A stretch of DNA of 64,000 nt, from contig OZ024740.1 of NCBI GenBank assembly GCA_964016885.1, positions 303,118,001 through 303,182,000 on the forward strand, written 5' to 3'. Every line of letters starts with the position of its first letter. Within the stretch, counting starts at the first letter, position 1. Below, piece by piece: positions 39,849-54,010 of the stretch. Source of the stretch: Eledone cirrhosa (lineage: Eukaryota). Under the pieces are notes generated by a model. The model was not told the origin of the DNA and searched no databases. It was given only the letters and a program-made list of their open reading frames with translations. The translations under genes were made by a program, and so were the position numbers.

Positions 39849-41268
39849 AACACTGAGATGTACATAAAATTGTACATAATATACATATGCAAATTTATGC
39901 ACACAAATGTTGAAATATTGTATTGATGTAAGCTAAATTTATACATATGTATATATAAAGATGCACAGACACATGATCACACATATGAGTGCAGATACAC
40001 GCACACTCTCACACATACACCCATATACATGCTCATGCTCACACAAATACAAACACACACATACCACCACTACTCCCTCTTAGTGCATGCTTCTAGAATT
40101 TACTTTACAACAAATTATTTCTTGTTTCTTTATTTTCTTGTCTAACTGAACGTACTACTAACTGTTACTAATACCTATATTGTGCCATGTTGCATTGGTA
40201 TAAATTAGTGGTATTGAAACCTCAGGTTTTTCATTTGTCTTTCACAATAACTATTTCCCTAATAGATGCACTTTTTTAATCAAAATAATTGAAAAGAAAA
40301 GAAAAAATATCCAAACAAAAGATCATATGCTGTGTCACTGTGATATTGACCGTTACTGTTCCTGTAATATCTGTCATTGGTTGCAGTCACGATTTCTCCA
40401 TTTTATTCATTATATCTTCATTATATCTTCTGTTTTCATTATACTTTCTATCTGTCTAGAGGTATATATGTCTTGGTTCATTTGTTTAACTGTTTCAAGC
40501 TAGTCTCTTTTCTTTTTGGAAATGTCTAAACGACATAAAAGCAGAGATATCAGAGATAAGACCAATACAAATTATTGAATTCAATATATTTCCTTTAGGA
40601 CAAATGGAGATCACATTCATTAATAAATAATAAAGGTTGGAATAAATGTATATAGACTTGCATTGTAATCAACATTGATATCTAATTTTAGAACAATAGA
40701 CATTACTATATATTTTTGGATTTCTATATTTCATACTTTTATTCATTTAGCTAATTTATGTTGATTGTTATTTACAATTTTGCTTTATAAGCTTTCAAAT
40801 GCAAAAACTGGTTTCAGTTCTTGTTTCCTAACAATTTCTTCTGTAGATAACTACAAACAAAACTATGTTCATTTCTTATTTTAAAAAATAATATGTCTCT
40901 TCAAAGAAGGAAACACATACATTCATTTCAAATATTTTCATATTTAAGTAAGTTTTAGAAACATGAAACATTTATTAGTATTTAATAAAACAGTTTTAAT
41001 GATATAAATTTAACATTTAGTGAACAAATTTATATTGGTTTAGTGAACAAAACAACTCATTTCCTGGGTGTTAGTTGAACTTACATTCATTATTAGAGAT
41101 TGCTTCTGCTTAACTCAGCAAATGGTCAAATAAAGTCTTAGTATTTTAAGTGCTATTCTTTGGTAAGCATTTGGTTGTCATTCATTAAATTCTTTTTTTA
41201 CTAATGCTTTATTCATATTATGGTTAAACTTCATATGGGTTGAACATTTGCTTTCTTAAACCAATTTT

Positions 41269-41327
<59 letters not shown>

Positions 41328-41405
41328 GTATATATATGAATATATATATGTATATATATATGCATATATGCATATATATGTATATACATATATATATATA
41401 CAATA

Positions 41406-41486
<81 letters not shown>

Positions 41487-41697
41487 TGGCAAGGAATTTG
41501 ATCTGAAATTGTAAGATGAAACCAGTTTCAATTATATAAAGAAGGGAGTTTAATAGTGTATATGTTTTGATAAATGGCTGATATTACTCAACTAAAATTC
41601 AACAAAACATACAGGCATAGGAATACACACATAATATATATATATACATATGAAATGATGACTTTTACACACACACACACAAATATATATGTGTTTG

Positions 41698-41733
<36 letters not shown>

Positions 41734-42511
41734 TATACTTATATACACATATATACATATAAAAAAAATAATATATATATATATATATAATATGTCTGTG
41801 TATGTGTGTGCCTATGTATATATGTCTATATGTATGTATATATATAACATTTCCATACATAGATACATATTAAACTATTATTCAAATTCTCCTTGTCCAC
41901 CAGTCCGTCCAACTATTTCTATCCCATTTATTTTCATTTTAGTTATTTGACTGAAAAGCTTATTTTCTAAACACTAGTTATCCCTTCATTAGTTCTATAT
42001 AGTGTTGATATGAAATATTTATGATGGTTTATGACTTCAAGTATACACTTTAGTCCATAATAATTCTAACTAATCTAAATAGCAAATACACTTGCCTTGT
42101 CTACAAATCATTACTATTATTAATTATGATATTAAATGAAAATATTATTGTAAAATAATTTCTGAAACAGTTAATCAAAGTTTCATTTGATAACTGCTAT
42201 ATCCTGGCCGAACTAGAAAAATATGTCTATAAAGTTGAGCTACCTATCAAATACAGATCTTTTTATTAAACGTAATTCATTTAAAAATTCATTTCATAGA
42301 TCTTTGTTATAGTATTTGTCCAAGTTTAGAAAATCAATACATATTTCAGTTGATAAAAACATAGGTTTTCATTATTAATGTTTCATTAGATTTGGCACCA
42401 GAAACAATTAGAATATATTTTCTTAAACATTTGAATAAACAGAAATAACAAAGCAAATGATGCAGTACATTGGAGAAATATATTATTTTAATGCTTGAAA
42501 TAACAGGAAAA

Positions 42512-42549
42512 ATGTCTTAACCATTTTGGCACTAGTCCTTCATCAGAAT

Positions 42550-42550
<1 letters not shown>
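42512..42550 (-). ncRNA. Degenerate minimal hammerhead remnant abutting (TA)n
   Basis: Minus strand reads CTGATGA-AGG actagtg CC-AAAAT, with GAAAC decayed. Confidence 0.4.
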
Positions 42551-42615
<65 letters not shown>

Positions 42616-45299
42616 TTGTCAACATTCTAATATCAAGGATTACAAAAATATATTCTCCAGATGATAAAGATAACTTTGAAATTCTTTGCTTCAATCATTT
42701 TGCCATAGTATCTGATAGAAATGTGTTTCAACACAATCTTTCAAAGAATACTTATCTTCTGTTGTTATTCAAGCTAGTTATAAAATGTTCAGAAATTTAT
42801 GTGTCTTTGACATTATAAAAGAAAGCAAATAGATACCCTATTTACTTGGACACTAACTAAATCCTATCACTAAACATCTTTCAACTATTAACCTTTCCTT
42901 CATCCAAATATATATACACCTTAATAATAATTACTTATACAAACTCATACAGAAGCAATTCAAAACACACTCAATACACTACTAAATCCTATATATGCAA
43001 AATGAATGTACCATAAGGAAATTTAAAGTAAATACAAACTAAACTTCTAGTAGTATATATTCCTTTATGTGTTTCAATAAAGAGAGACTGTTACAACAGA
43101 GTTCTGGAAGAATCTATTCACTGTGAGGGATACCTTTTAATCTTTCAATGTTGTTTATTTAAACACATATTGCTTGGCTACTTTACTATTGATGTTGTTT
43201 AGATTCTACTTTATTATATGGTTTACAGCAAGTTAAAGTTTTGCTTACTGTAATTAAGTTAGCTTTCTGTCAGCTTTAATTTCTTTAAATCCTTTCTCCT
43301 GTCTTTAGTTTTATTTATCAGCTTAGCCCTAAAGTTTAAGTTAATAGAATAACTAATCTGAACAATTCATTTGCAATTCTGTTCTCTTCGTATATTCTGC
43401 CTTCTCTATTTAAAAATTAACCCAGACAAAAGTAAATTTATATGAATTTATTTTCATTTAAATTCATAAATGAACCGCAAATTATAAAATTTGCTTCTGT
43501 TATTGTTGTTACTGATGTTGAGGCTGCTGGGTTGTTGTTGATTAGAAGATTGTTCTTGTTATATTGTTGATTAGTTTATGTTGATATATTTTTACAAATT
43601 GTGAAAACTTGATGATAGAACAGCAATTGAAAAGAAACTATAAATAAAAATATATGTTGTGGATAAAACTCTACTACAGGCACAGTAGTAGAAATCACCA
43701 GAGATCTAATGAATATTGTATACATATTCTAAACTATCAAGTTACTAATGTATTTTATCTTTATATATATATACATCCTTATACTAACTTTTAGTTTCAT
43801 TTCATTTAATTAAATTTAATTAATTTCAACCAATATACAATTACCTTTGTCTTTAAATTATTTCTGTTAATTTATTTCCATGCAATTGCAATTAGATTCT
43901 GACACTGATTTCATGTAATAATAGTTCATAGATAAATACATCATCTCACTATACAGAACAGTAAGATCTCTATCAGCCCTTTCTTCCAACAGTTCCTTTA
44001 AATAGGATAGAATATCTTCTTTCTAAAATCAAACAATAATTTAGGCTAGTAAATATCAAACTCAGAAAGATATAGTTATAATATACTGAGGGCTGTTCCT
44101 ACAGTACATTTTGTAAATAATTAAACATAATACAAAGAACATATTTAAATTTATTTAATAAAACATAAATACTTCCAGCTTTTTAAATATGTGCGTTTGT
44201 AATGTGCATCTATTCCATAACCAACTTAGTAATTTCTTTTTAAAAAAATTGATCTCTATATTTAAAAAGATGCTTAATTGTCATTCTCTCTTTCTCTATA
44301 TATATAATATATATATAAGCTTAGGTATATGATATTAGAAATCAAAACTAGATTAATTGATTGCTTCATAAGCATTCTTGATATAAAGATGTTTCAGTAA
44401 ATTAACAGTTTAGAAGAAAAACTGAATATTTTTCAAGGCATTAGAATTATTTTATATGCAGAAGCAGATCTATGTGCCATTGGAATAATTCTACTTAACA
44501 TTACAGATTAGATGCATATATAAATAAATGTTTTTCAGTTGATTAATATAACAAATCTCCATGACAGGGAGCTACTCAAAGAGTATATGCCTATGTCACA
44601 TATACAAACATATGCACAAAATACACATACACACATATGGACATCAAGTTTTTCATTAAACCAGGTTTTGTGCCTGTATGCATAAATGTGTCAGAACAAA
44701 TTCCAAATTCTATTTCCCCCTCCCAAAAAAAATAAAAACTCTTAATATATACAGTTCCATTTTCAGCTGCATCTATGTGTGAGAATTTGCATGTTATATG
44801 TGTGCATGTGTATGAATGTGAATCTATACATGCATATATATGTGTATGTAGGTCATACATTATATGTATATGTAAATAGTACATATTTCGCTTGTTGGGA
44901 TGTGCCTCTATTTGCATATATATATATGTATATATCTATGTACAAGTGTGCATCCATATGTATATATATATAGAATATAAGCAAATATATGTGATATCTT
45001 TGAAGATATATTTAGTATATTATAAGGGTATTGTTATATAACAAGTAGTATGTAATACATCATATGATAACCTCAAGGGGCTTGGCATTGCTGCTTCCGT
45101 TAGATTAAAATTCAGTTAAATCTCTTGCCTTTCTTATGCTGATATTTAATGAAAAAATATTAAACTTTCTGGTTAACTATTTTATTATTAAACATTAAAT
45201 ACAGTATCTAAATATAATGAATATTTTTATAGATATAACTTATAAAGTTATCTTTATTCTCTTTTCAATATAGCTTCTAATATATATATATATATATAA

Positions 45300-45349
<50 letters not shown>

Positions 45350-45640
45350 ACTAATTTTCATTTCCTGACCTGCTGCCAAATAGCAGAATAGATGAGTCAG
45401 AATAAGTTTTATTGGGAAATATATTTTTTTAATTTTTTTCTTTACACTTTTTATTTTTGCAGTTTTAAAAGAAACTCTTTAAATTTCCTATATCACTCCA
45501 AGAGGAAAACACAGTATTTAAATGTTACCTTAATAACTACCAACCGATAAGCCCCATGAGCTCCTAGACAAGTATCAAATATTAAAGCCCTCTTAACAAA
45601 CACAATGGTTAGCTTTATTGGAATAAGTAGAATTATGAAC

Positions 45641-45819
45641 ATTATTATTGCTCTTGTTGTTGCTGTTATTATTATTATGATTATTATTATGATTATTATT
45701 ATGTTTATTATTGTTATCATTATTATTATTATTATTGCTATTATTATTAAAATCCTTCTCAACATCACCATTGATATCATTGGTATCATCTGTATCACAT
45801 CATCATCATTATTATTGTC

Positions 45820-45867
<48 letters not shown>
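45641..45867. repeat. (ATT)n/(CAT)n trinucleotide microsatellite
   Basis: Seen directly in the sequence. Confidence 0.92.
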
Positions 45868-45872
<5 letters not shown>

Positions 45873-46505
45873 TCCTAATGACTATTGTAACTATTTTAGT
45901 TCAGAAATGGATTTGGAGACTTTTTGTGATTTAATTGTATTGCAGATTATTGTGTTACTTTCATAAATTGAAAATTTTGTCTTGTTTCCAGTTAATATTT
46001 TTTACTGCAATAACTTTAAGTTAGCTTTGCCTAGCCCTCACCACAAAATTAATTTACAATATATGTTGGCTATGTTGATACCCAACTTGTTGAAATCATA
46101 AAATTACCTAACAATCAGAGAACCATTGCTCCAATGTTGAACAGATTGTCGCCAATCAATTACACAAACGAATTCGAAATTACCATAAACTAACCAAAGA
46201 TTCTAAGAACTATGCCAGAATCTGCTGGCTAGCCTTGTAGTACAGCAGCAGCAGCAGCAACAACAGGCAGCTACACGAGCAAAAGATGTTGCAACAGCGC
46301 TGCTTTGCGCATGTATATGAAAGGAGACATTATCAACTAAAACAGTACAAATATAATAACAAAGGAATGAAGATAAATTGTGGGATTATCACATTAAATC
46401 TATCTTTTAGATTAAATCTACAAATAGATTTATGTGAATATGTATGGGAAAATATGTGTATGTATACATTGTGTACACACACATATGTAAAAGATCTATA
46501 AACCT

Positions 46506-46537
<32 letters not shown>

Positions 46538-46632
46538 CATATATAATACATATATCATATGCATGTATGTACCACTGTGTTTATATATACATGAAAATAC
46601 ATATATGTCTAAATATATGTATATATATATAT

Positions 46633-46715
<83 letters not shown>

Positions 46716-47955
46716 TATATACACATACATATATACATATATATGCAAATATAAATTATAAATATACATTCTCATATATATAAATATGTATGTCTGTATA
46801 TTGGAGTGTATAGAAGTCTTCTTGTTACATATAGGTGACGAAAAAAGAAAGCATTTTTGCGGGGGGAGGTAATAATTTTTTTTTTTTTTTGGCATTCAAT
46901 TTCAGGAATGTTACCCATACTTAAGATGCCAACAATTGTTTTGAACTCTTTGCTAACTTTTGTGTGTTAAACTAGGCAGCTGAAATCTAAAAGCATCGGT
47001 ACATATTTGTTATATTCTTCATGCATATTTGGAGTATGTTTCCTCTTAATTTAATCAAATTCATCTTATTTCTTAGATAATGAATACATAAAAGTCTTTG
47101 TCTACTTTGAAAATAATTAAGCAAAATAAAGATAAGCTATGAATAGAAGTACATTAAGTAAAATGAGCTTTGTGAGAATAATAGTGTCCTTCACCTTCCA
47201 TTTATATTCTTTAGATTAAGTACAGTTTGTATGTTCTTAAAAGTAAATAATTTTCTACTATAATCAACTTCTTTCTACATGTAAGATGTGTGTATGTATT
47301 TTTGTGTGTGTGTGCCTGTATATCTGTTCAATCCAAAGTAGTTTGTTGTTCCAGCTACAATTAAGTAAGTACTGTTCTAAGCTGACTAACTTAAAAGTAT
47401 ATTGACAATAAATATAAAAGAACAGTTTCAAATAGAAGAGATTAAATACATCAAAGCATACAAGAGATAAATTTTACTTCAAATATACATGCTCACATTT
47501 ACTTGCATATATGTATATGAATACATGCATGCTTACATAAATAAGTGGCCATATCTTGCTATAGAGCAAACAAAACATATGCCAGCATGTTGTTTCACCT
47601 TTTTGCTGGAACAAAATCATAGTAACATATTGTTGCTTTCAGTCAAACATTACTCATTTCAAAACCTGGCAGTTTTTTTTTTTTTTCATTGCTTTCAAAA
47701 GTGCAATTTACTTTAGACATTTTTTTTTTCTTCACATTATAATGAGAAGACTTCTATATGCATATTTCATTGATAAAAATGACCAAAATCTCTTGTATAT
47801 TGTACTGAAAACACTAACAACAGAAGGTAATACATATTTTTTTCATAGCTATAAAGATCTCACACTAGAGAAAAATTAAGACTATTCTTAAGGAAAACTT
47901 TTTTTTTTGTCAAATGAAGTGCATTTTTTTTATTCTAGCACTGAAAAAAATGCAC

Positions 47956-48220
47956 TTCTATTCCTAATTGCCTCACTGAGGGAATATGTCTCTATAATCA
48001 TCTACCCCATTGAGGAATGTATGCTTCTGTTTCTACCTGCCTTATTGAAGTTGATGTGTTTCTTTAACCACCAACTCCATTGAGGAAGGTGTGTCTCTAT
48101 TCTCATCTACTCCCCTGAGGAATATATACTTCAGTTTCTACCCACCTCATTGAAGTAGATGTGGTTCTATCACCAACTGCCCCAAACAAAAGGGTGCTGT
48201 GTATCTATTTCCATCTATCC
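47956..48220. repeat. Diverged minisatellite: about 35-bp subunits in an about 105-bp higher-order repeat
   Basis: Recurrent tcta...c.cattga.g units; catctac.cc..tgaggaat recurs at about 47999 and 48103. Confidence 0.7.
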
Positions 48221-49014
48221 TGTCAAAAAAAGCATTATAATAACTAAAATTAATTTTAAAATTATTGATAATGGAAAAAATTTATTAATCACTGTCTACT
48301 GTTTATACCGTTTCAAATAGTATATTTCTAATTAACTTCCTTGGTGTTTTGACTAAAATCTAAGAACACGGGAATTTCAACTAGGACATTTTATTTATAT
48401 TTTTAAGCTTCAATCAATGACTTATCTCCTACATTTTGGGCACTCTTATAGAGAGATGGTATATTCTAGAAAGAAAAGCCCTTTCTTTAACCCTACTGCT
48501 TAATAACCCTACCAAAAACCTCCCCTTCTCAATATCTTTCCAATATGAACCTCTTTATGATATTTTTCTTTTATATTTTCATTTGATTCAATTCCAAGTT
48601 TTACTGAACATTACCCTCCTTCTCTCTATTGTTGCTCTGTTTCTATATTTATCTTGCTCCTTACTCCTGCTCCTTCTTTCTAAATATTTCCATTTGTCCA
48701 AAGCAGCAGATGTCTTGTGCTCAGGCATAACCTGTTGGAGAGTTTGTCGTGAGATCTGAGACATTAAACTTTTACAAAATGCTGGCTGCTTCCTAAATAT
48801 ATGTGCCGAGTCAGAAAATAAGTAAAGTAAAAAAAAATATAAAAGGAGAAAATAAAAAGAAAAAAGAACATTCTTTTGAAATGTAATGACAAATGACTTT
48901 GGTTTATTATTACCAACTATAAAAAAATAATAATTAAACAGTAAACAGAAATGATAATACTAATTTGTCTTGTGTAGAGCTCGCTAATTGCAGTGTCCAA
49001 CTTAATACTGATTT

Positions 49015-49115
49015 TGTATGACTGTACAGACTATATATGTGTAATTAAGAAATAAAATGGTTTGTTTTCCTAAGAAAAACAAAAATAACTCTTGTATTAT
49101 TTATTTTTATGTTAA
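49015..49115 (+). terminator. Candidate distal polyadenylation signal
   Basis: AATAAA at 49051-49056, three upstream TGTA motifs, and a downstream U/GU-rich tract (cttgtattatttatttttatgtt). Confidence 0.5.
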
Positions 49116-49116
49116 T

Positions 49117-49388
49117 TATGTAAATTTTGTATAACAAATAATGTATTATATGTTTACAAATAAACATTTGAAAGCCTTTATCTATGAAGTTTAAAAGGTA
49201 GTAACAGGGTGCCACCTAGTGAGTTCCCACAGAAGCTAAGCCAGAAACAGCTGTCAGTAATTTCCCCTTGCTTTTGTTGGAACTCGCCAGGTAGCGCCCT
49301 GCCACCACCTTTTAAAATTTATTGCTAAAGGCTTTCAAATATTTATTTGTAAACATACTGTATATATTCAATATACAAAACTTACATA
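49117..49388. mobile_element. Fold-back MITE-like element (imperfect arms of about 118 bp)
   Basis: tatgtttacaaataaacatttgaaagccttta..cagggtgccacctagtgagttcc pairs with ggaactcgccaggtagcgccctg..taaaggctttcaaatatttatttgtaaacata. Confidence 0.8.
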
Positions 49389-49905
49389 CTTATATGTATA
49401 CAGCTATGTTGGAGTGAACCCTTTAATTCTTTTATATTAATGTATGACATTAACTTTCAGCATGTGAAATATAGAAGTTTTTTTTACAGATACTCTACAG
49501 AATGTTTACTAGATATCAAACAAAAGCTACTACTTAATTCTTGGATTTCTATTCTCCTAGTCTATCACTTCTAAAAAATAATGTATGGTATGAAAACAGA
49601 CTCATATACAGCATCTTTGACTGAATGTGTTTTTGATCCTCAACAAAAATAAACTAATACTGACATTAGAATACTGCTTATATGTATGGAGTAGTGCAGC
49701 TGCACAAACAGGTATTCTAGACCACACACCTTGGGGAGGAGGTTCCCTTCATATACGTTTCCTGCAATCTTAAACTACAAGGTTTCGGGTTTATTATCAA
49801 CTACACCAATCTCGTCAGTATGGAAGGACCTGCAAACGTCATAAACACTGCTCCTTTTCCTAACTTCCAAAAAGAAGCTTAACAAATACCTCACTGTTTG
49901 TTTAA

Positions 49906-50116
49906 CCCTTTAACATTTAAACAGGCCATATCCGGCAAGAATTCTCTCACCTTTTTCTGTTCAAACTGTCTGTAATGGCTACTCATATTGATGTTTAGGT
50001 ATTTTTCTCAAAATAAATAACATCAAAATCTCATAGCTTCTATATTATGTGAGATAATTATGTGAGGTAAAGCCTTTATTGTGAAGATACAATAGTAAAT
50101 ATAGAGTAATGTAAAT
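49906..50116. mobile_element. piggyBac-type MITE with truncated right TIR
   Basis: TTAA|CCCTTTAACATTTA start; the body aligns with 36368-36577. Confidence 0.8.
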
Positions 50117-50521
50117 ATATTAAGCAACTAAACCAACTACAGTTCATAGAATACTACTTTCATATCAATCACTTATGCCTCTAAATGTATCTGGAAAATA
50201 AAAATCATTGAATTTACAATCATTCCATGAAAATGTTATTACTGATAGAGTCATAGGGACACTGTCGTGACCAAATAAACCTGGCGGAAGCCATCCCTTT
50301 CTAGACAGGAATACCGCTAATTTCTTCCTGAGAAAGAAAAAGGGAAAAAGGGATAGTGAAAAACAGATATAGAGGAAAAATCAATCTTGTACTGGACTGT
50401 TACTTTATTTATCAACTTCAAAAGGGTGGAAACCAAAATTGACCTTGAAAGGATCTGAACCTAGAAAGCCAGAACCAATACTGCAATCCAATATTTTAAT
50501 GGCTGTTAATTTGCCACCTAT

Positions 50522-51790
50522 ATCATCATCATCGTTTAACGTCCATATTCCACGCTTGCATGGGTTTGGACGGCAGTTTTCCCACTTGAGGCAAGAGTGG
50601 CTGTCTTGCTCGCATAGGACTGTCTGGCGGGTTTTCTACGGCTGGATGCTCTTCCTAACACCAACCACATTTACAGTGTGGAACTGGGAGGTTTTTACCG
50701 TGTTACCTACACGGCCACATTACAGCGTGGACTGTGTGTTTTTTTTTGTCGTGACACCTACACAACCTCATTTGTTTTGGGCTGGATGTTGTGGTACCAA
50801 CATAACTTTACATTGAAAGGGGTGGTGTGGATGGGGTGGGGTAGTGGGACGGAGGTGTATTTTGTTAAAGGTGCCTACTGACTGTAGTAGGTTTCACTTT
50901 GTACTTAGGAAAGGTTCTCTATTACTGTGTAGCACCAAAGATCTTGGTCATTGTCTTGGAGAGGTGTAAGTGTGTGAGGTCGGAATTTGTCAAGTCGTCC
51001 CAGGTTTTTCTGGGTCTGCCTACTCCGTGGCTACCATTTATTTTTATTGCCCTTCACTTTTATATACAGCTGTCGTCTTTCATGCGCATCACGTGACCAT
51101 ACCAACATAGTCTTCTCTCGAGTAAACAACATCTGATCCCTCTTATTTCTAATTTTTCCCTTAGTTCGTTTATGCTTTGCCGTTCACGTATATTACTATT
51201 ACACATCCAGCGGAGCATGCAAGCTTCGTTCCTCTCCAGTCTGCATATATCCTCTGCACACAATGCCCAGGTCTCACTGCCATGTAACATTGCTGTTCGT
51301 ATGCAGGCATCATACAGCCTGCCTTTCATTTTTAGGGAGAACCCTTTAGCGGCTAATAGTGGTATAAGCTCTCTGAACTTTTTCTATCCAGTTCTGACTC
51401 TAGCTACTGTACTTTCAAAGCACCCTCCCCCACTGCTGATTTTGTCACCCAGGTTACGGCAGCTGTCCACTATTTCTATAGAACCATCTGTGCAATGGAA
51501 TGAGCTAGTATTCTGTGGGCACTTGCTGCTACTTATTGCACCAGAGCACCGGCCACATATAAAATCTATGTTCTTAGTTAGCTTACCTGTGATCCCACTA
51601 CATCTTTTATGCACCCATACTTTGCCTTTGGGACATAAAATGGAGTTTCTACCTACTCTTTTCCTACACACTGAGCATGGCCATTTCCCAGATGGGACCA
51701 GCGCCCTATTTTCCTTCCTACAAACTAGAACTTTAGTCTTAGACAGGTTAATTTTAAGGCCTTTTGATTCTAGGCCATGCTTCCATGTAT
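50522..51790 (-). mobile_element. RTE LINE 3' portion with a Cys/His (PHD-like) insertion in the RT C-terminal region
   Basis: C..CRKRVGRNSILCPKGKVWVHKRCSG..FICGRC, then KGRLYDACIRTAMLHGSETW..RRLCWYGHVMR, a 3' UTR and a (GAT)n tail. Confidence 0.9.
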
Positions 51791-52559
51791 ATCAACAATA
51801 AATACTTGACAAACAAAGTATATTCAATACTTAACTCAATGTTAAATCATTTTTTCTTTGTACTCTTTCTTAGATTACTGAATGAATCTAAACTACACAT
51901 AACCTCACAGCCATCCCTGTGCCTTAGAAGTTCATTTTTCAACCATGTGATTCTGGGTTTGATGCTACTACTTAGCATATTGGACAAGTGTCCTCTACTA
52001 TAGTCTCAAGTTGACTTTGTGAGTGGAGTTTGGTTGACAGAATCTGTGTAGAAGCCTGTCATTTGTATATATATGTGTGTGTGGCTGCATCTGTGTTTAT
52101 TGACACAACACTACTGATCAAAACAAAACTGTTGTTGTGCGAAAACAACAACTTACTTAATCAATAGAAAATAGATGGATAAAACAAGAACCAGACTGAA
52201 ATATATATACTGGGGTCATTATGATTGATTAAAACCCCTGAATGTGTTTCTTCAGTATAGTTATGGTCTAATATCTGACACAAGAAAATAATAAAAAGTA
52301 GTTTACTCAATCTACTATTACTCTAACTGCCATATGTTTATTGAAGCCGACATATCCATCAAACTTTCCACTTTTCTACTCACCAAAACCATATGCCACC
52401 ACTTTCTTAAGAAATAAATCTCAATTATAGGCTTTCAACATTTTATGAAAAATTCTATATCAATCTTATTAAAGTGTATCTTCCACAAGTTGATATAAGA
52501 TAGTAGAGTAGATACAATAGTAATTCAAATAGGTTGTAGACCCTTTTCTGTCACAAATG

Positions 52560-53720
52560 ACCATGGTTTATGGCCATGAGCCCATGAATAACTCCACAAA
52601 CCCACCTTGCTCCGGCATCCCATTTAACAGATGTGACAAACATGAGTCTCTTGGACAGTCCTGAATGTCACTTGCTCTTTATGCACTCTCATGTTCTGCT
52701 TCAGTTCAGCAGCAGATCTACAAGCTTTGTTGCAAATCTCACACAAATACCCTGCAGGCCTTTCAGGGAGGACACTAACATAATCAGCCCCAGACTCCTG
52801 ATTGCTGTGGGTTCTTAAATGACTAGCAAACCCAGTGAGAGAAAGAACAACCTTTCTGCAGGTGTTACAGACATCTGGGACTGAGTCTACATCACTTCCT
52901 GAGTGCTCTTTTAAACACTGAATGTTCAATCCTTTTGATCCCAAAGTGATCACAAACATCATAAACCAGACATTCTCCAACCAGATCTACTCATCTTCCC
53001 AATCCTCAACACTAATACCAAGTGTCTTCAGGTTTGTGTCTGGGGCAGCTACCAAGAGTTAACTCTCCATAACAAATTTGCTTAAACAACCTCTCATCCT
53101 CCATCCACCTTAAATGTCCTGCCCAATGCAATTTGTTTTGAATGAGTAGTTTTTCTATGCTGGATGTATTGGCCCACTTCAGAACAATGGTATCTGTTAA
53201 TGACTGCACTTAATGTTCAAAATATGCCTTAGGCACTTTTGATGAAATCTTTCCAACTTGCCATGATGCTGATATGTGGTCCAAGTCTCAGAAGAGTACA
53301 AGAGTTCAGTCAGGAAACAGGATTTGTAGACACTTATCTTAGTGCCAAACGAGATGCCTCTGTCAACCCTCCAACCTACCAAATGCTTTGCTGGCTTTCT
53401 CAATCCTTAGTTCGATTACAGAATACAATGAATCAAGGTAGACAAATGAATCAACAACCTTCAACCTCTGACCCTGAACAAAGAAGTTGAGCTTGGCATA
53501 ATGTTGCTCAGGAGGTGGTGTATGCATGAGCTTGGTATTTTCTGTGTGGATAGAAAACCCAAAAACCTTGCATGCCCCAGAAAACAAGTCCATGATTGCT
53601 TGCATGTCCTTCTCAGTATGACAAGGCCTACATCATCAGCATAGAGCAACTCTCTGATGACAGACTGGAAAGTCTTTGATTTGACCCTAAAACGTGTCTA
53701 GTTAAAAATCTTGGCATTGA
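52560..53720 (-). mobile_element. RTE LINE 3' portion with C-terminal C2H2 zinc fingers (second family)
   Basis: LYADD, LLYSSETWT, LERFHQKCLRHIL, LHWAGHL, CNTC..HLRTH and CEIC; frameshifted. Confidence 0.9.
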
Positions 53721-53724
53721 CATT

Positions 53725-54010
53725 AGCATGGTCAAGGTGCTGCAATTTCAGGTCCTCCTGAATTTGTTTTGCCCATGTCTTCCTTGGGGACTGCATTGGT
53801 CACTGTTGTGACAAAAGTTGGTGTGGTAGTTTTCCTATGCTCCTATGGCAGATGTGACCAAACCACTGTAGCCTGTGTCTCCGGATTTAGTCTTCAATGA
53901 TTGGCTGCTGCTGGCATTGTTCTCAGATGTTGTTGTTTGAGATTTGGTCGCATAGAGATACACCAAGGATCTGATGAAACAGCAGTTAGTAGAGGACAAC
54001 ATTAACATTG
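53725..54010 (-). mobile_element. LINE 3' fragment
   Basis: The minus strand encodes an RRHRLQWFGHIC-like motif and RKTWAKQIQEDL. Confidence 0.6.

Larger units (their letters stand above)
37721..49080 (+). other. Putative long neurexin 3' UTR (about 11.3 kb)
   Basis: No recognisable LINE/SINE bodies between the stop codon and about 49.1 kb, whereas TEs are dense immediately afterwards. The stretch ends at a well-formed poly(A) site. Confidence 0.5.

Noticed and set aside
45493-45934. Hydrophobic poly-Ile/Tyr ORFs resembling membrane proteins
   Set aside because: They are translations of an (ATT)n microsatellite.
47956-48220. CRISPR-like repeat array
   Set aside because: The units are contiguous and degenerate with no unique spacers, the context is eukaryotic, and there are no cas genes.
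52624-52980. Stand-alone C2H2 zinc-finger gene
   Set aside because: It is collinear with, and directly downstream of, RTE RT fragments, so it is the LINE ORF C-terminus.
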